A stretch of 59,313 nucleotides of DNA, counting the filler, from Nitrospirota bacterium (lineage in GTDB: Bacteria > JACPQY01): the NCBI GenBank assembly GCA_016180645.1. It is 5 parts of 5 records of this genome, joined end to end, with 100 filler letters (N's around TTAATTAATTAA, not from the genome) between each part and the next. Parts side by side here need not be neighbours in the genome. Positions count along the whole stretch, not along the records: positions 11,993 to 35,532 come from JACPAV010000048.1; positions 35,633 to 58,182 come from JACPAV010000050.1; 3 more parts are not named here. One strand, 5' to 3'. Of the stretch, positions 28,828 to 38,600 are shown piece after piece. Every line of letters starts with the position of its first letter. Positions within the stretch are counted from its first letter, which is position 1. The translations under genes and the position numbers were made by a program. Under the pieces are notes generated by a model. That model was not told the DNA's origin and did not search any database. It saw only the letters and a list, made by a program, of their open reading frames with translations.

Positions 28828-31146
28828 ATGCCGAGGCTTTTCTTCGTCCTCTTCCTGATCGGAATCACCGCGCGTGCCTTCGCGGCGCCGCAAGGCGAAT
28901 CCTCACCGGACGATCCCCATGAACACTCTGCCCACTCCGCCACGCTCCTGGCCGAAATCCGCTTTGAGGGGAACGAACGAGTCGAAAAAGAGATCCTCCT
29001 GAGGGAAATCCAGTCCAAGATCGGCTCCGAGCTCGATGAGAATACCGTCAGTGAAGATCTCAAGCGACTCTACAAACTGAAGTACTTCAAAGACATCCGT
29101 GTCCTGATGGACGAAGCGGAGGGCCGCACGGTCCTCACCTTCAAGATCGTGGAGAAACCCCTCGTCAAGGAGCACAAGATCGTCGGCAACAAGAAAGTCG
29201 CCAAAGAGAAAATCGAAGAGACGATCAAGATCAAAGATCGCACGTTTCTCGACATGGAAGTCCTCAAGCGCGACCTCGAAGCGATCAAGAAACTCTACGA
29301 GCAGGAGGGATATTATCTGGCCGAGGTCCTCTACGAACTGGAATTCAAGCCCACAAACCAGGTCATCGTGCACTACAAGGCCACGGAGGGCGACAAGGTC
29401 CAGGTTCGAAGAATCAACTTTGTCGGCAACACGACGTTTACGGATGATGAGCTCAAAGAGGCGGCCGAAACCAAGGAGAGCGACGCCTTCTCCTGGGCCA
29501 CGGACAAGGGTCGCTACCAGAAAGATATCTTTCTGGACGATGTGGAAAAGGTAAAAGCCTTCTACCTCAACAACGGTTTTATCCAGGTGCAGGTGCTGGA
29601 TCCGGTGGCCCAACTCAGCAAGAACCGGAAATGGATCTACGTTTCAATGGCCGTCAAAGAAGGCGAACGGTTCAAGATCGGGAGCGTTACCTTCACCGGT
29701 GACTTGGAATTCACCCCGAAAGAGCTGGATGAGTTGGCCAACACCGAACCGGACCATTACTTCAGCCGAGATCAGGTCAGCAAGGATATTTTCGCCGTCA
29801 CGGAGAAATATGGGGACTTGGGCTATGCCTTCGCCGAGGTGGAACCCCTCACGGACATCCGGGAGGACAAGCGGGAAGTGGACATCAACTTCCGCATCAA
29901 GAAGGGAAACAAGGTCTACTTCCGGCGGATCAACGTCGTGGGCAACACCACATCACGCGACAAGGTCGTGAGACGGGAGCTGAAAGTGGCCGAAGGCGAC
30001 CTCTACTCCATTTCGAGACTCCGCCAAAGCCGCGAGAAGATCTATCGGCTTGGTTTCTTCGAGGAGGTGGATTTCCAGACCCGCCGCGTGATCGGGATGG
30101 ACCTCCTGGATGTCGATGTGAAAGTGAAGGAAGGCTCGACCGGCGCGTTGCAAGTCACCGGCGGCTACAGCACGTTCGAGGGTTTCATCTTCATGGCGCA
30201 GATCCAGCAGGCCAATCTTCTGGGCTACGGGCACCAGCTCTCCATATCCGGCTCTTTCAGCAAACGGTCGCAGATCTTCTCCTTCGACTACCTGGATCCC
30301 TACTTCCTCGACACCAACTGGAGTCTCGGCTTCCAGGCCTTTCGCACGCAGACCCGGTCCTATCGAGGTTTCGTCATCGACAACACCGGCGGCCAGGTCC
30401 GCGCCGGATATCTCATCGGAGAAAACACACGCCTCTTCTGGACGTATGAACTCAAAACCAGTGAAGTCAGCGAGCGGCGCACCCGATTCCCCTACAAGGG
30501 GCTGAGTTCAAGCGGCGAGCTCTCGATACGGCGCAACACCCGAAACCATCCATTCGATCCCTCCAGCGGTTCGCTCAACTCCGCCAGCGTCCAACTCGCG
30601 CATGACGCCATGGGCAGCGATTTCAATTTCGCCAAGTACGAAGGCTCCTCCTCGTGGTACATCCCGCTGCTCTTCAAGATCGTCTATTCCACCCGCCTCC
30701 GCGGCGCCTATCTCCAACAGATCGGCTCGGTGCCGCCGCCCTACTTCGAACGATTCTTCGCCGGCGGTCTCGGCTCCGTTCGCGGGTACAACAGCCTGAG
30801 CCTCACGCCGACAACCATCGTGTGCGGCGACGAAGAGTTTCAGTCCGACTGTTCCCGACGGGCGGAAGTGGCGCTCGGCGGAAACAAGGAGGCGGTCTTC
30901 AACAATGAGATCATCTTCCCTTTGATCCCCCCCGCGGGGTTGAAATGGGTCGTGTTCTACGACGTGGGAAACGTTTTTCAGGAGGGCGACTTCGTCGATC
31001 CCCGGAAACTCCGCCAAGGCTGGGGGTTCGGCATCCGCTGGTTCTCCCCCATCGGCCCCCTCCGCTTCGAATGGGGCTTCCCCATCCGCAAACGGGCCGA
31101 CGAACCGACCCCCGTCTTCGAATTCTTCATCGGATCTCTGTTTTGA
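28828..31146 (+). CDS. bamA: Outer membrane protein assembly factor BamA
   Basis: Five POTRA-like repeats, VRGY motif, GIRWFSPIGPLRFEW, terminal Phe. Confidence 0.95.
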   Translation: MPRLFFVLFLIGITARAFAAPQGESSPDDPHEHSAHSATLLAEIRFEGNERVEKEILLREIQSKIGSELDENTVSEDLKRLYKLKYFKDIRVLMDEAEGRTVLTFKIVEKPLVKEHKIVGNKKVAKEKIEETIKIKDRTFLDMEVLKRDLEAIKKLYEQEGYYLAEVLYELEFKPTNQVIVHYKATEGDKVQVRRINFVGNTTFTDDELKEAAETKESDAFSWATDKGRYQKDIFLDDVEKVKAFYLNNGFIQVQVLDPVAQLSKNRKWIYVSMAVKEGERFKIGSVTFTGDLEFTPKELDELANTEPDHYFSRDQVSKDIFAVTEKYGDLGYAFAEVEPLTDIREDKREVDINFRIKKGNKVYFRRINVVGNTTSRDKVVRRELKVAEGDLYSISRLRQSREKIYRLGFFEEVDFQTRRVIGMDLLDVDVKVKEGSTGALQVTGGYSTFEGFIFMAQIQQANLLGYGHQLSISGSFSKRSQIFSFDYLDPYFLDTNWSLGFQAFRTQTRSYRGFVIDNTGGQVRAGYLIGENTRLFWTYELKTSEVSERRTRFPYKGLSSSGELSIRRNTRNHPFDPSSGSLNSASVQLAHDAMGSDFNFAKYEGSSSWYIPLLFKIVYSTRLRGAYLQQIGSVPPPYFERFFAGGLGSVRGYNSLSLTPTTIVCGDEEFQSDCSRRAEVALGGNKEAVFNNEIIFPLIPPAGLKWVVFYDVGNVFQEGDFVDPRKLRQGWGFGIRWFSPIGPLRFEWGFPIRKRADEPTPVFEFFIGSLF

Positions 31147-31192
31147 TTCCGTTTGCGCCGGAGCAAAAATTCCAGTAGACTACCGGGATTCA

Positions 31193-32179
31193 ATGGAGGA
31201 AGTGGTGGTCAGCGGCATGAGGCCGACGGGGAAACTACATCTCGGTCATCTCCACGGCGTTCTCACCAACTGGGTGCAACTCCAGTCGAAGTACCGCTGT
31301 TTCTTCTTCGTGGCCGACTGGCACGCGCTCACTACCGAATTCGAGGATACCCGGGGCCTTCAGGACAGTGTGGTGGAGATGGTGATCGACTGGCTCACGG
31401 CGGGCCTCGACCCCGAGAAAAGCGTGATCTTCCTCCAATCCGACGTGAAACAACACGCGGAACTCCACCTCCTCTTCTCCATGATCACCCCGCTGGGCTG
31501 GCTCGAACGCAACCCCAGCTATAAGGACCTCCTGTCCCAACTTCCGGACAAGGACCTTTCGATGTACGGGTTCCTCGGCTACCCTGTTCTCCAGACGGCC
31601 GACGTCGTCCTTTACAAAGCAACGAAGGTTCCCGTCGGGGTCGATCAAGTGGCCCACCTCGAACTCGCCCGAGAAATCGTGCGCCGCTTCAACCATCTGT
31701 TCAAACTCGCCCTCCCGGAACCCCAGCCCATGCTCACCGAGGTGCCCAAACTTCTTGGCACGGATGGACGAAAGATGAGCAAAAGCTTTAACAATGCGAT
31801 CTATCTTTCCGATCCACCGGATGTTGTTGAAAAGAAAGTGAGAAGCATGGTGACCGACACCAGGAGGATTCGGAAGACCGATCCGGGACATCCGGAGGAA
31901 TGTGTCCTCTTCCCCTACCACAAACTTCACACCCCCGCAGGCGAAGTCGCCCGGATCGACAAAGATTGCCGCTCCGCCACCCTGGGATGCGTCGAGGACA
32001 AAGGTCTCCTGATAGAAAGTCTCAAGCAGACCCTCGGCCCGTTCCAGCAGAAAAGGAAGATCTTCGAATCCGACCGGAATCGAGTGATGGGGATCCTTCG
32101 CGACGGCGCCGCCCGCGCGCGTGTGGTCGCCGAACAGACCATGCAGGACGTCCGCCGCGCCGTCATGTCTACCTCATGA
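31193..32179 (+). CDS. trpS: Tryptophan--tRNA ligase
   Basis: SGMRPTGKLHLGH (HIGH), VPVGVDQ..H, KMSKS. Confidence 0.97.
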   Translation: MEEVVVSGMRPTGKLHLGHLHGVLTNWVQLQSKYRCFFFVADWHALTTEFEDTRGLQDSVVEMVIDWLTAGLDPEKSVIFLQSDVKQHAELHLLFSMITPLGWLERNPSYKDLLSQLPDKDLSMYGFLGYPVLQTADVVLYKATKVPVGVDQVAHLELAREIVRRFNHLFKLALPEPQPMLTEVPKLLGTDGRKMSKSFNNAIYLSDPPDVVEKKVRSMVTDTRRIRKTDPGHPEECVLFPYHKLHTPAGEVARIDKDCRSATLGCVEDKGLLIESLKQTLGPFQQKRKIFESDRNRVMGILRDGAARARVVAEQTMQDVRRAVMSTS

Positions 32180-33000
32180 CCGAAGAAGACCTCGCCGACC
32201 TCCCGGAGGGAGAAAATGCGGCGGGAGTCCCCGGGGCCGAAGCGACCGAATCCGCCGCGCCGCCCGCCGAGTCCGGCCCCCGCATGGATATCAAGCTCGA
32301 CGTCTTCGAGGGGCCGCTGGATCTTCTCCTTCATCTGGTCAGAAAAGAAAAGCTCAACATCTATGATATTCCGATCTCGCGTATTACGACGCAATATCTC
32401 GAGTACCTCGATCTCATGAAGACCCTGAATGTGAATGTCGCAAGTGAGTTCCTCGCCATGGCGGCCACGCTGCTCTACATCAAGTCGCGCATGCTCCTCC
32501 CGGAGGCGTTCGAGGAGGATGAAGAGGACCCGCGGGAAGATCTCATGCGGCGCCTGCTCGAACACCAGCTCTACAAGGAGGCGGCCGATCAACTGCGCGG
32601 CCTCACGATGCTCGGGCGTGACGCCTTCACCCACGCGATGAGTCCGGAGGAATTGGAGAAATTGGGCACGCTGGAAGGGGAAATCGAGGCCGGCTTTTTC
32701 GATCTTTTGAATGCCTATCATGACGCCCAGAAGAAATTCCCCAAAGAACTCCACCACGACGTGGAGCTGGAGCCGATGACCATCGATCAGAAGATCGAGC
32801 AAATCTCGCTCTGGATGGAAACCAAGTACGAACTGGACCTTCAGGAGCTATTCGGGTGGGCGCGGAACCGGTTTGAGCTGGTGCTGACTTTTATCGCGGT
32901 GCTGGAACTGGTCCGCCGGAAGGCCATTGTCGCCCTGCAATCGGAAGCCTTCGGCGCCGTCCGCATACGGAGGAGGAATAATGGAACTCCAGGACATTAA
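32176..33000 (+). CDS. scpA: Segregation and condensation protein A
   Basis: FEGPLDLLLHL, EFL.MAATLL.IKSRMLLP, TFIAVLEL; ATGA overlap with trpS. Confidence 0.93.
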   Translation: MTEEDLADLPEGENAAGVPGAEATESAAPPAESGPRMDIKLDVFEGPLDLLLHLVRKEKLNIYDIPISRITTQYLEYLDLMKTLNVNVASEFLAMAATLLYIKSRMLLPEAFEEDEEDPREDLMRRLLEHQLYKEAADQLRGLTMLGRDAFTHAMSPEELEKLGTLEGEIEAGFFDLLNAYHDAQKKFPKELHHDVELEPMTIDQKIEQISLWMETKYELDLQELFGWARNRFELVLTFIAVLELVRRKAIVALQSEAFGAVRIRRRNNGTPGH

Positions 33001-33670
33001 GCGAATCATCGAGGCCCTGCTTTTCGTCAGTCCGAAGCCGCTGACGTTCCGGGTGATCGCCTCGTTCCTCGATCGAAGCCTTCGCGCCAAACCCGAGCAA
33101 CCTCAGGGGGAACCTGATTCGGGCGCGGCGACCGAGCCTTCCGATGCGGCCACCGCCGAGGCCAAGGAACGCCTGCGTGAGAACGTCCGCCAGGCCCTGC
33201 TGGCTCTCGAAGAAGAGTACAAGATGGGCCACGGCATCGTCCTGACGCACATCGCCGGTGGATACCAGTTCCGCACGGAATCCTCGCTCGGTCCGTGGGT
33301 CCAGAAATTCCTCGCGGCCCGGCCCGAGCGCCTGTCTCGATCGGCCCTCGAAACCCTCAGCATCATCGCCTACAAACAGCCTCTCACCCGCGCGGAAGCG
33401 GAGCACATCCGCGGAGTGGATTGCAGCGGCGTTCTGACAACGCTTCTGGAGAAAAAACTGATCCGGATCGCGGGCAAGAAAGAAGTGCCCGGCCATCCCC
33501 TGCTCTACGGTACGACGAGAGAGTTCTTGGAGCTGTTCGGATTGAATGAACTGGGAGATTTGCCGACGCTGCGGCAGATTGAAGAGCTGATCCCGAAGGA
33601 AGGGGAAACCGAAGTGGAGGCTACTCCTCCACCAGAAACGTTATCTTCACCAGCGCCCGGTACTCCTTGA
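32981..33670 (+). CDS. scpB: Segregation and condensation protein B
   Basis: IEALLF, LETLSIIAYKQP.TRAE.E.IRGV, LYGTT..FL..FGL..L.DLP. Confidence 0.95.
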   Translation: MELQDIKRIIEALLFVSPKPLTFRVIASFLDRSLRAKPEQPQGEPDSGAATEPSDAATAEAKERLRENVRQALLALEEEYKMGHGIVLTHIAGGYQFRTESSLGPWVQKFLAARPERLSRSALETLSIIAYKQPLTRAEAEHIRGVDCSGVLTTLLEKKLIRIAGKKEVPGHPLLYGTTREFLELFGLNELGDLPTLRQIEELIPKEGETEVEATPPPETLSSPAPGTP

Positions 33671-33824
33671 TCTTGCCCTGTTCGACCTTCGCGTGCTGGC
33701 GGGTGACCTCGAAGCTCGTGATGCCGCGGATGGTTTTCTTCGCCCGCTGATAGGCCTCCATCGCCGCCTCCTCCCACCCCTTGGAGGAAATCCCGATCAC
33801 TTCGGAAACGCGCTCAACCGGCAT
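33621..33824 (-). CDS. Dodecin family flavin-binding protein
   Basis: 67 aa; EVIGISSKGWEEAA...A.KTIRGI....V......G.I.EY.....I.F; AGGAG RBS. Confidence 0.85.
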   Translation of the reverse strand: MPVERVSEVIGISSKGWEEAAMEAYQRAKKTIRGITSFEVTRQHAKVEQGKIKEYRALVKITFLVEE

Positions 33825-33930
33825 ACCCCGCTCCTACCATACCTACCCTATCTTTTCCAGCGGGCCACGAATCACGTCGCTTACAGACCCGACCCCAAAA
33901 GAGGATCCGCCCACTCGAGCGAATCATTCG

Positions 33931-35217
33931 TTACGCCACTCGCCTGACGTTTTTCTCGACACACGACACGCAAGGGGGCTGGACCGGATCGGCCAGAATG
34001 ATCGCATGCAGAGGCCAGCCATCCTGTCGAACCTGAGACAGGATTTGTCCCTGAAAATAGGAAGCAATGACCACAACCGTGTTGCTTGGCGAGAACTCCT
34101 TCAGTTGTGAAGGAGCGAGAACCGGCTTTCCCTCAATCTGCTGCTGCCACTTGCCTTTGTCGTTGTCCACAAACGCCTCAATAACCGCCCCACCGTCTTG
34201 AATCGCCCGGTGGGTCTGGCGACCGGCTTCACCTGCCCCAAAGATGAGAAGTCTCTGCGGGGACTTCGACCTGATTTCGTCCATCAAGGTCCATGGAGTG
34301 GCAGGAGGGAAAACCGGTCGATGACGTCCTCCCCGGCCGCCGTGAAACTCGAAATAGGCAAATGTCGCAGGCGGTTCCCCCCGAATCTCTTCATGCGGGT
34401 CATGGGGCGCCGTCAGTTCCTTGAACCATTCAGAAGATCCGGACATTTCCCATTCGTGTCTCGCGGAATGAAGTTCAATCTGATTCCGGCTGGCAAAGTC
34501 ATATAGGGGAAGAATCTCGGAAAACAGCGACGCGAAGGGCCCGAGACAGTAGCACCGCTCGCCCGAGTTCCCGTTCATGAACATTCCGGCGCGCCCCGGC
34601 GAATATCGCAGGTCCACCAAATCATCAACAACGACCATGGACTCCCGTTCGGCCAGCACCGGGAAGATTCGGGAGATCAGGTTCTCGGCCAGCGCGACCC
34701 CATGAACATCCCAGAACAGAAAAACGCGTCGGGACCCATCCATGACTTTGCGCCAGTCGCTCTTGGATACATCTTCAACACGCGTTTCCAGTCGGTCGAA
34801 CCAGCTCGCGGGGCGAATCGGCTGTAGCAGTGGCAGAGTCTTCTTGAACCAATCCCTGCTCCAGCAAAGACTGACCACGCGCGCACCCGGGAGCCGGTTG
34901 GCCGCCTCGGTAAGAACGCAAGTGGAATTCCCGTGACCGCGGCCAAGCTCAAGAATCAGGTCCGGCTGAAAATCCAGACAGAGAGAATAGAGGATGAACC
35001 AGTCCGGTAGATTGAGATTGTCCTTGACGTTGATCTTGTTCCACATAACAGAAAATGCATCCTTAACCGTGAAAAGATCCCTTCGCTTTTCGCGGAGAGA
35101 ACGAAGAAGGGGCGCATCAACCGTCAAGGCAGCGGTCGGAAGGGCGGATACGACTCGAACGCGTCTTGAAGCTCTCTGATTTGTTTTTCCACCCCGGGGA
35201 GCTCTTGTTTTCGGCAT
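33931..35217 (-). CDS. Class I SAM-dependent methyltransferase fused to a C-terminal Rossmann (PglD-N-like) domain
   Basis: PDLILELGRGHGNST motif I; LLIFGAGEAG...FVDND..K.....GKPV. Confidence 0.7.
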   Translation of the reverse strand: MPKTRAPRGGKTNQRASRRVRVVSALPTAALTVDAPLLRSLREKRRDLFTVKDAFSVMWNKINVKDNLNLPDWFILYSLCLDFQPDLILELGRGHGNSTCVLTEAANRLPGARVVSLCWSRDWFKKTLPLLQPIRPASWFDRLETRVEDVSKSDWRKVMDGSRRVFLFWDVHGVALAENLISRIFPVLAERESMVVVDDLVDLRYSPGRAGMFMNGNSGERCYCLGPFASLFSEILPLYDFASRNQIELHSARHEWEMSGSSEWFKELTAPHDPHEEIRGEPPATFAYFEFHGGRGGRHRPVFPPATPWTLMDEIRSKSPQRLLIFGAGEAGRQTHRAIQDGGAVIEAFVDNDKGKWQQQIEGKPVLAPSQLKEFSPSNTVVVIASYFQGQILSQVRQDGWPLHAIILADPVQPPCVSCVEKNVRRVA

Positions 35218-35228
35218 TCGCGCGGGAA

Positions 35229-35257
35229 ACGGTACCAGTGAATCCCTAGCGGGTCAA
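35229..35257 (-). promoter_or_regulatory. Putative sigma70 promoter of the methyltransferase gene
   Basis: Minus strand TTGACC-N17-TACCGT with extended TG. Confidence 0.5.
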
Positions 35258-35343
35258 TGTTGGTATGTTTTGGAAGCGTCGACGAGTCGAGCCGGACCTC
35301 TTGAAGAGTCAGCTCTTTCGGATAAGGCGGTCGCCGTCCCGAA

Positions 35344-35415
35344 GGGGTCAAGTCTTGAATTGATACAACTTCTCCATCAACGATCCTAAGAAGTATCAAG
35401 TCAAGACTTGACCCC
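35344..35415. repeat. 23-bp inverted repeat element (GGGGTCAAGTCTTGA family)
   Basis: GGGGTCAAGTCTTGAATTGATAC / GTATCAAGTCAAGACTTGACCCC, one mismatch; related ends at 54745-54853. Confidence 0.8.
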
Positions 35416-35532
35416 ATAGCTCGTTTTCGCCTTCGGGGATGTCCACGGAGCGCGAGACGATCGGCCCCCCGCCCGGTTCGGGGTCGCGCCAGAGGACGAG
35501 GAGGTTGGGAGTCAAGTTGCTGAGGCAGGCCC

Positions 35533-35632
35533 NNNNNNNNNNNNNNNNNNNNNNNNNNNNNNNNNNNNNNNNNNNNTTAATTAATTAANNNNNNNNNNNN
35601 NNNNNNNNNNNNNNNNNNNNNNNNNNNNNNNN
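35533..35632. other. Artificial contig spacer
   Basis: N-run with TTAATTAATTAA. Confidence 0.97.
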
Positions 35633-35633
35633 C

Positions 35634-38600
35634 TCCGGCCTCACCGACGGCCTCCACACCGTCTGCGTCCGCTCCGTGGACGACGCCCAAAACCCCGATG
35701 CCTCCCCCGCCTGCTACGAATGGGAAATCGATACCACTCCGCCGGCCGCTCCGGATGCCCAGATGCTGACCCTCACGATGAACCCCCCAATGACCGATGA
35801 CACGCTGGAGGGCGGACCGAATGCGGTGGAACCGAACGTCTCCGTGGAAATCTATGCGGACGCCCTTCTCACCACGCAGGTGGGTCAGGAACTCTCGCTT
35901 CCCGATGGAAGCTTCCCCGCTGCGCCCGTTGGCGACAACGCAAGCGCCGACCTCTACGTCGTCGCCGTGGATGTCGCGGGCAACTATTCCGCCCCCACAG
36001 CCATCTCCAACGACATCGACGGGCCGGATACGCAGATCACCGTCTCCCCTCCCGATCCCGACAGCAATCCGAGCCCCACATTCCAGTTCAGTGAGAGCGG
36101 CGGACCCGACCCCTCCACACCTCTGACGTTCGAGTGCTCGGAGGATCTTGCGGCCTGGACCACGTGCACTTCCCCCGCCGTCGCAGGACCTTTCGCCGAT
36201 GGACCGCACAAGTTCGATGTCCGCGCCTTCGATGCGGCGGGCAACGTGACCCTGGCTCCTGCCACGTATTCTTGGACGATCGATTCCGGCCCGCCCGAAA
36301 CAACGATCGACTCAACTTCCCCCGCGGCCGACCCGACGAATGTGAATTCTCTACTCGTCTACTTCTCCAGCAACGATCCGGGCGCGACGTTTGATTGCGA
36401 CCTCGACGGTGGAGGCTATGCGCCCTGCACCTCGCCCGAGAGCGAAACGGGTCTCCTCGACGGTAACCATACGGTGTACGTGCGCGCCACCGACACGGCA
36501 TTGAACACCGACCCCACGCCGGCCACCTACACGTGGACGGTCGACACGATTGCGCCCCCGGTCCCGAACGCCGGCAATATCACGGTCACCATGAACGCCC
36601 CGGGGACGAACGACGAGATCTCCGGTTCGGCGGGAGCGGTGGAGGCCAACGCAGAGGTCAAGGTCTACGCCGACGGCCTCCTCACAGCACTCATTACTCA
36701 GGACTTTGCACTCGGCGATGGGTCGTTCGGACCCAAGGCGATCGGCGACAACATGGCGGATGGCTCGGACCTCGTCTACGTCGTCGCCGTGGACGCCGCC
36801 GGCAACATGAGTTCGGCCACGAGCACGACCAACGACATCACTCCCCCCATCGCACCCACCCTCTCCACCCCGGCGGATGGTGCGTATGTAAACGACACAA
36901 CCCCAACTCTGGTTTGGTCTTCTCCCGGCGACGCGAACACCCGTGAGGTGCAGATCGCTTCAGACGGCATTTTCACGAGCATCGAGGACAGCGCGACCGG
37001 GCTCGGATCGGACCTGTTCGGCACCACCACGCTGGCCGCCGGCACCCACTATTGGCAGGTCCGCGTTCTCGATGCCGCCGGCAACGTCGGCTCCTACGCG
37101 GGAGCCTTCAGTTTCAACGTGGATGCCACCCCGCCCTCGGCAGGCACGGTCGCCCCCTCGAATACGGCCACCGCCACACACGTCGGCGGAACGTTCGATA
37201 TTTCTACGACCTTCAGCGACTCAAACGGCATCACGGGCTGCGAGGACTGCGTTTCCACCGATGGCACGTGCGATACGGAATGGACTGCCGCCACCTGGAC
37301 TTCCGGCCCGGACACCTGCGACAGCACCGGGCAAACCTGCTCGAATGGTCAATCTCTCACTATCAACATGCGAGCCACAGATTCCGCAGGCAACGTCGGC
37401 ACGGCCACACCCGTCTCCCGCACCTGCGACACGGCGGGCCCAACAACTTCCGATGACGCACCCGTCGGGTGGCAAGGCGCCGATGTCACCGTCACACTCA
37501 CCCCATCGGACGCCGGCTCGGGTGTGGCAAGCACTGTCTCCTGCGCGGACGGATCGGACACGTGCTCCCCCGCCACGAGCGGGACCAGCGTCCCTATGGT
37601 GTGCAACCCCAACTCCGTGTGCACCCAGTACGTCCGCTACCAATCCACCGACAATCTGGGCAACGTCCAGACCGTCGTCTCGAAAACTATCCAGATCGAC
37701 CTGGAGAAACCCACCACCACCGACGACGCCCCCGCCGGCTGGCAAACCGCCGACACGAACGTCACCCTCACCCCCGCCGACGGCCTAGGTTCCGGCGTCG
37801 CATCCACCAACTACTGCATCGCCGACCCCGCGCCACCTACCATCTCCACCTTCGCAGGCACGGGGACGGGAGGTTTTTCCGGTGACACGGGCGCGGCCAC
37901 AAGCGCCCAGGTCAGTTTCGTGCTCGGAGATGAGAAAGCGGACCTCGCCGTGGATTCCGCCGGAAACGTCTATGTCGCCGACTCGTCAAACTACCGGGTC
38001 CGGAAAATTGCGGCAGGAACCGGCATCATCACCACCGTAGCCGGGAACGGGTCCTCCACCCATTCGGGTGACGGCGGAGCCGCCACGAGCGCGGGCATGG
38101 GCGGTTATGTCGAAGGCGTGGCGGTCGATTCGACAGGCAACATCTATCTCTCCAACTGGGGCAGCCACACCGTCCGCAAAGTCGATACCGGCGGAACGAT
38201 CACGACTTACGCCGGAACGCCGAACACCAGCGGCAATACCGGCGATGGCGGACCGGCTACAAGCGCAACTCTGTACTATCCCAAAGGATTGGCAGTGGAC
38301 ACGGCGGGGAATCTCTTTATCTCGGACTACGGGAACGGCGCGATCCGAAAGGTCGACACGGGCGGAACCATCACAACGGTGGCCAGCGGCATCGGCACCT
38401 ATGACGTGGCGGTCGATTCCGCGGGAAACCTCTACATCGCCGGAGGCGCCTATGTCTCGAAACGCGACACGGGCGGAACGGTAACGACCTTCGCGGGGAA
38501 CGGGACCAATGCTTCGACGGGTGACGGCGGACCCGCCACGAGCGCCGGGCTCTACTACGCAAGAGCGGTCACTGTGGATTCCAGTGGAAACGTCTACATC

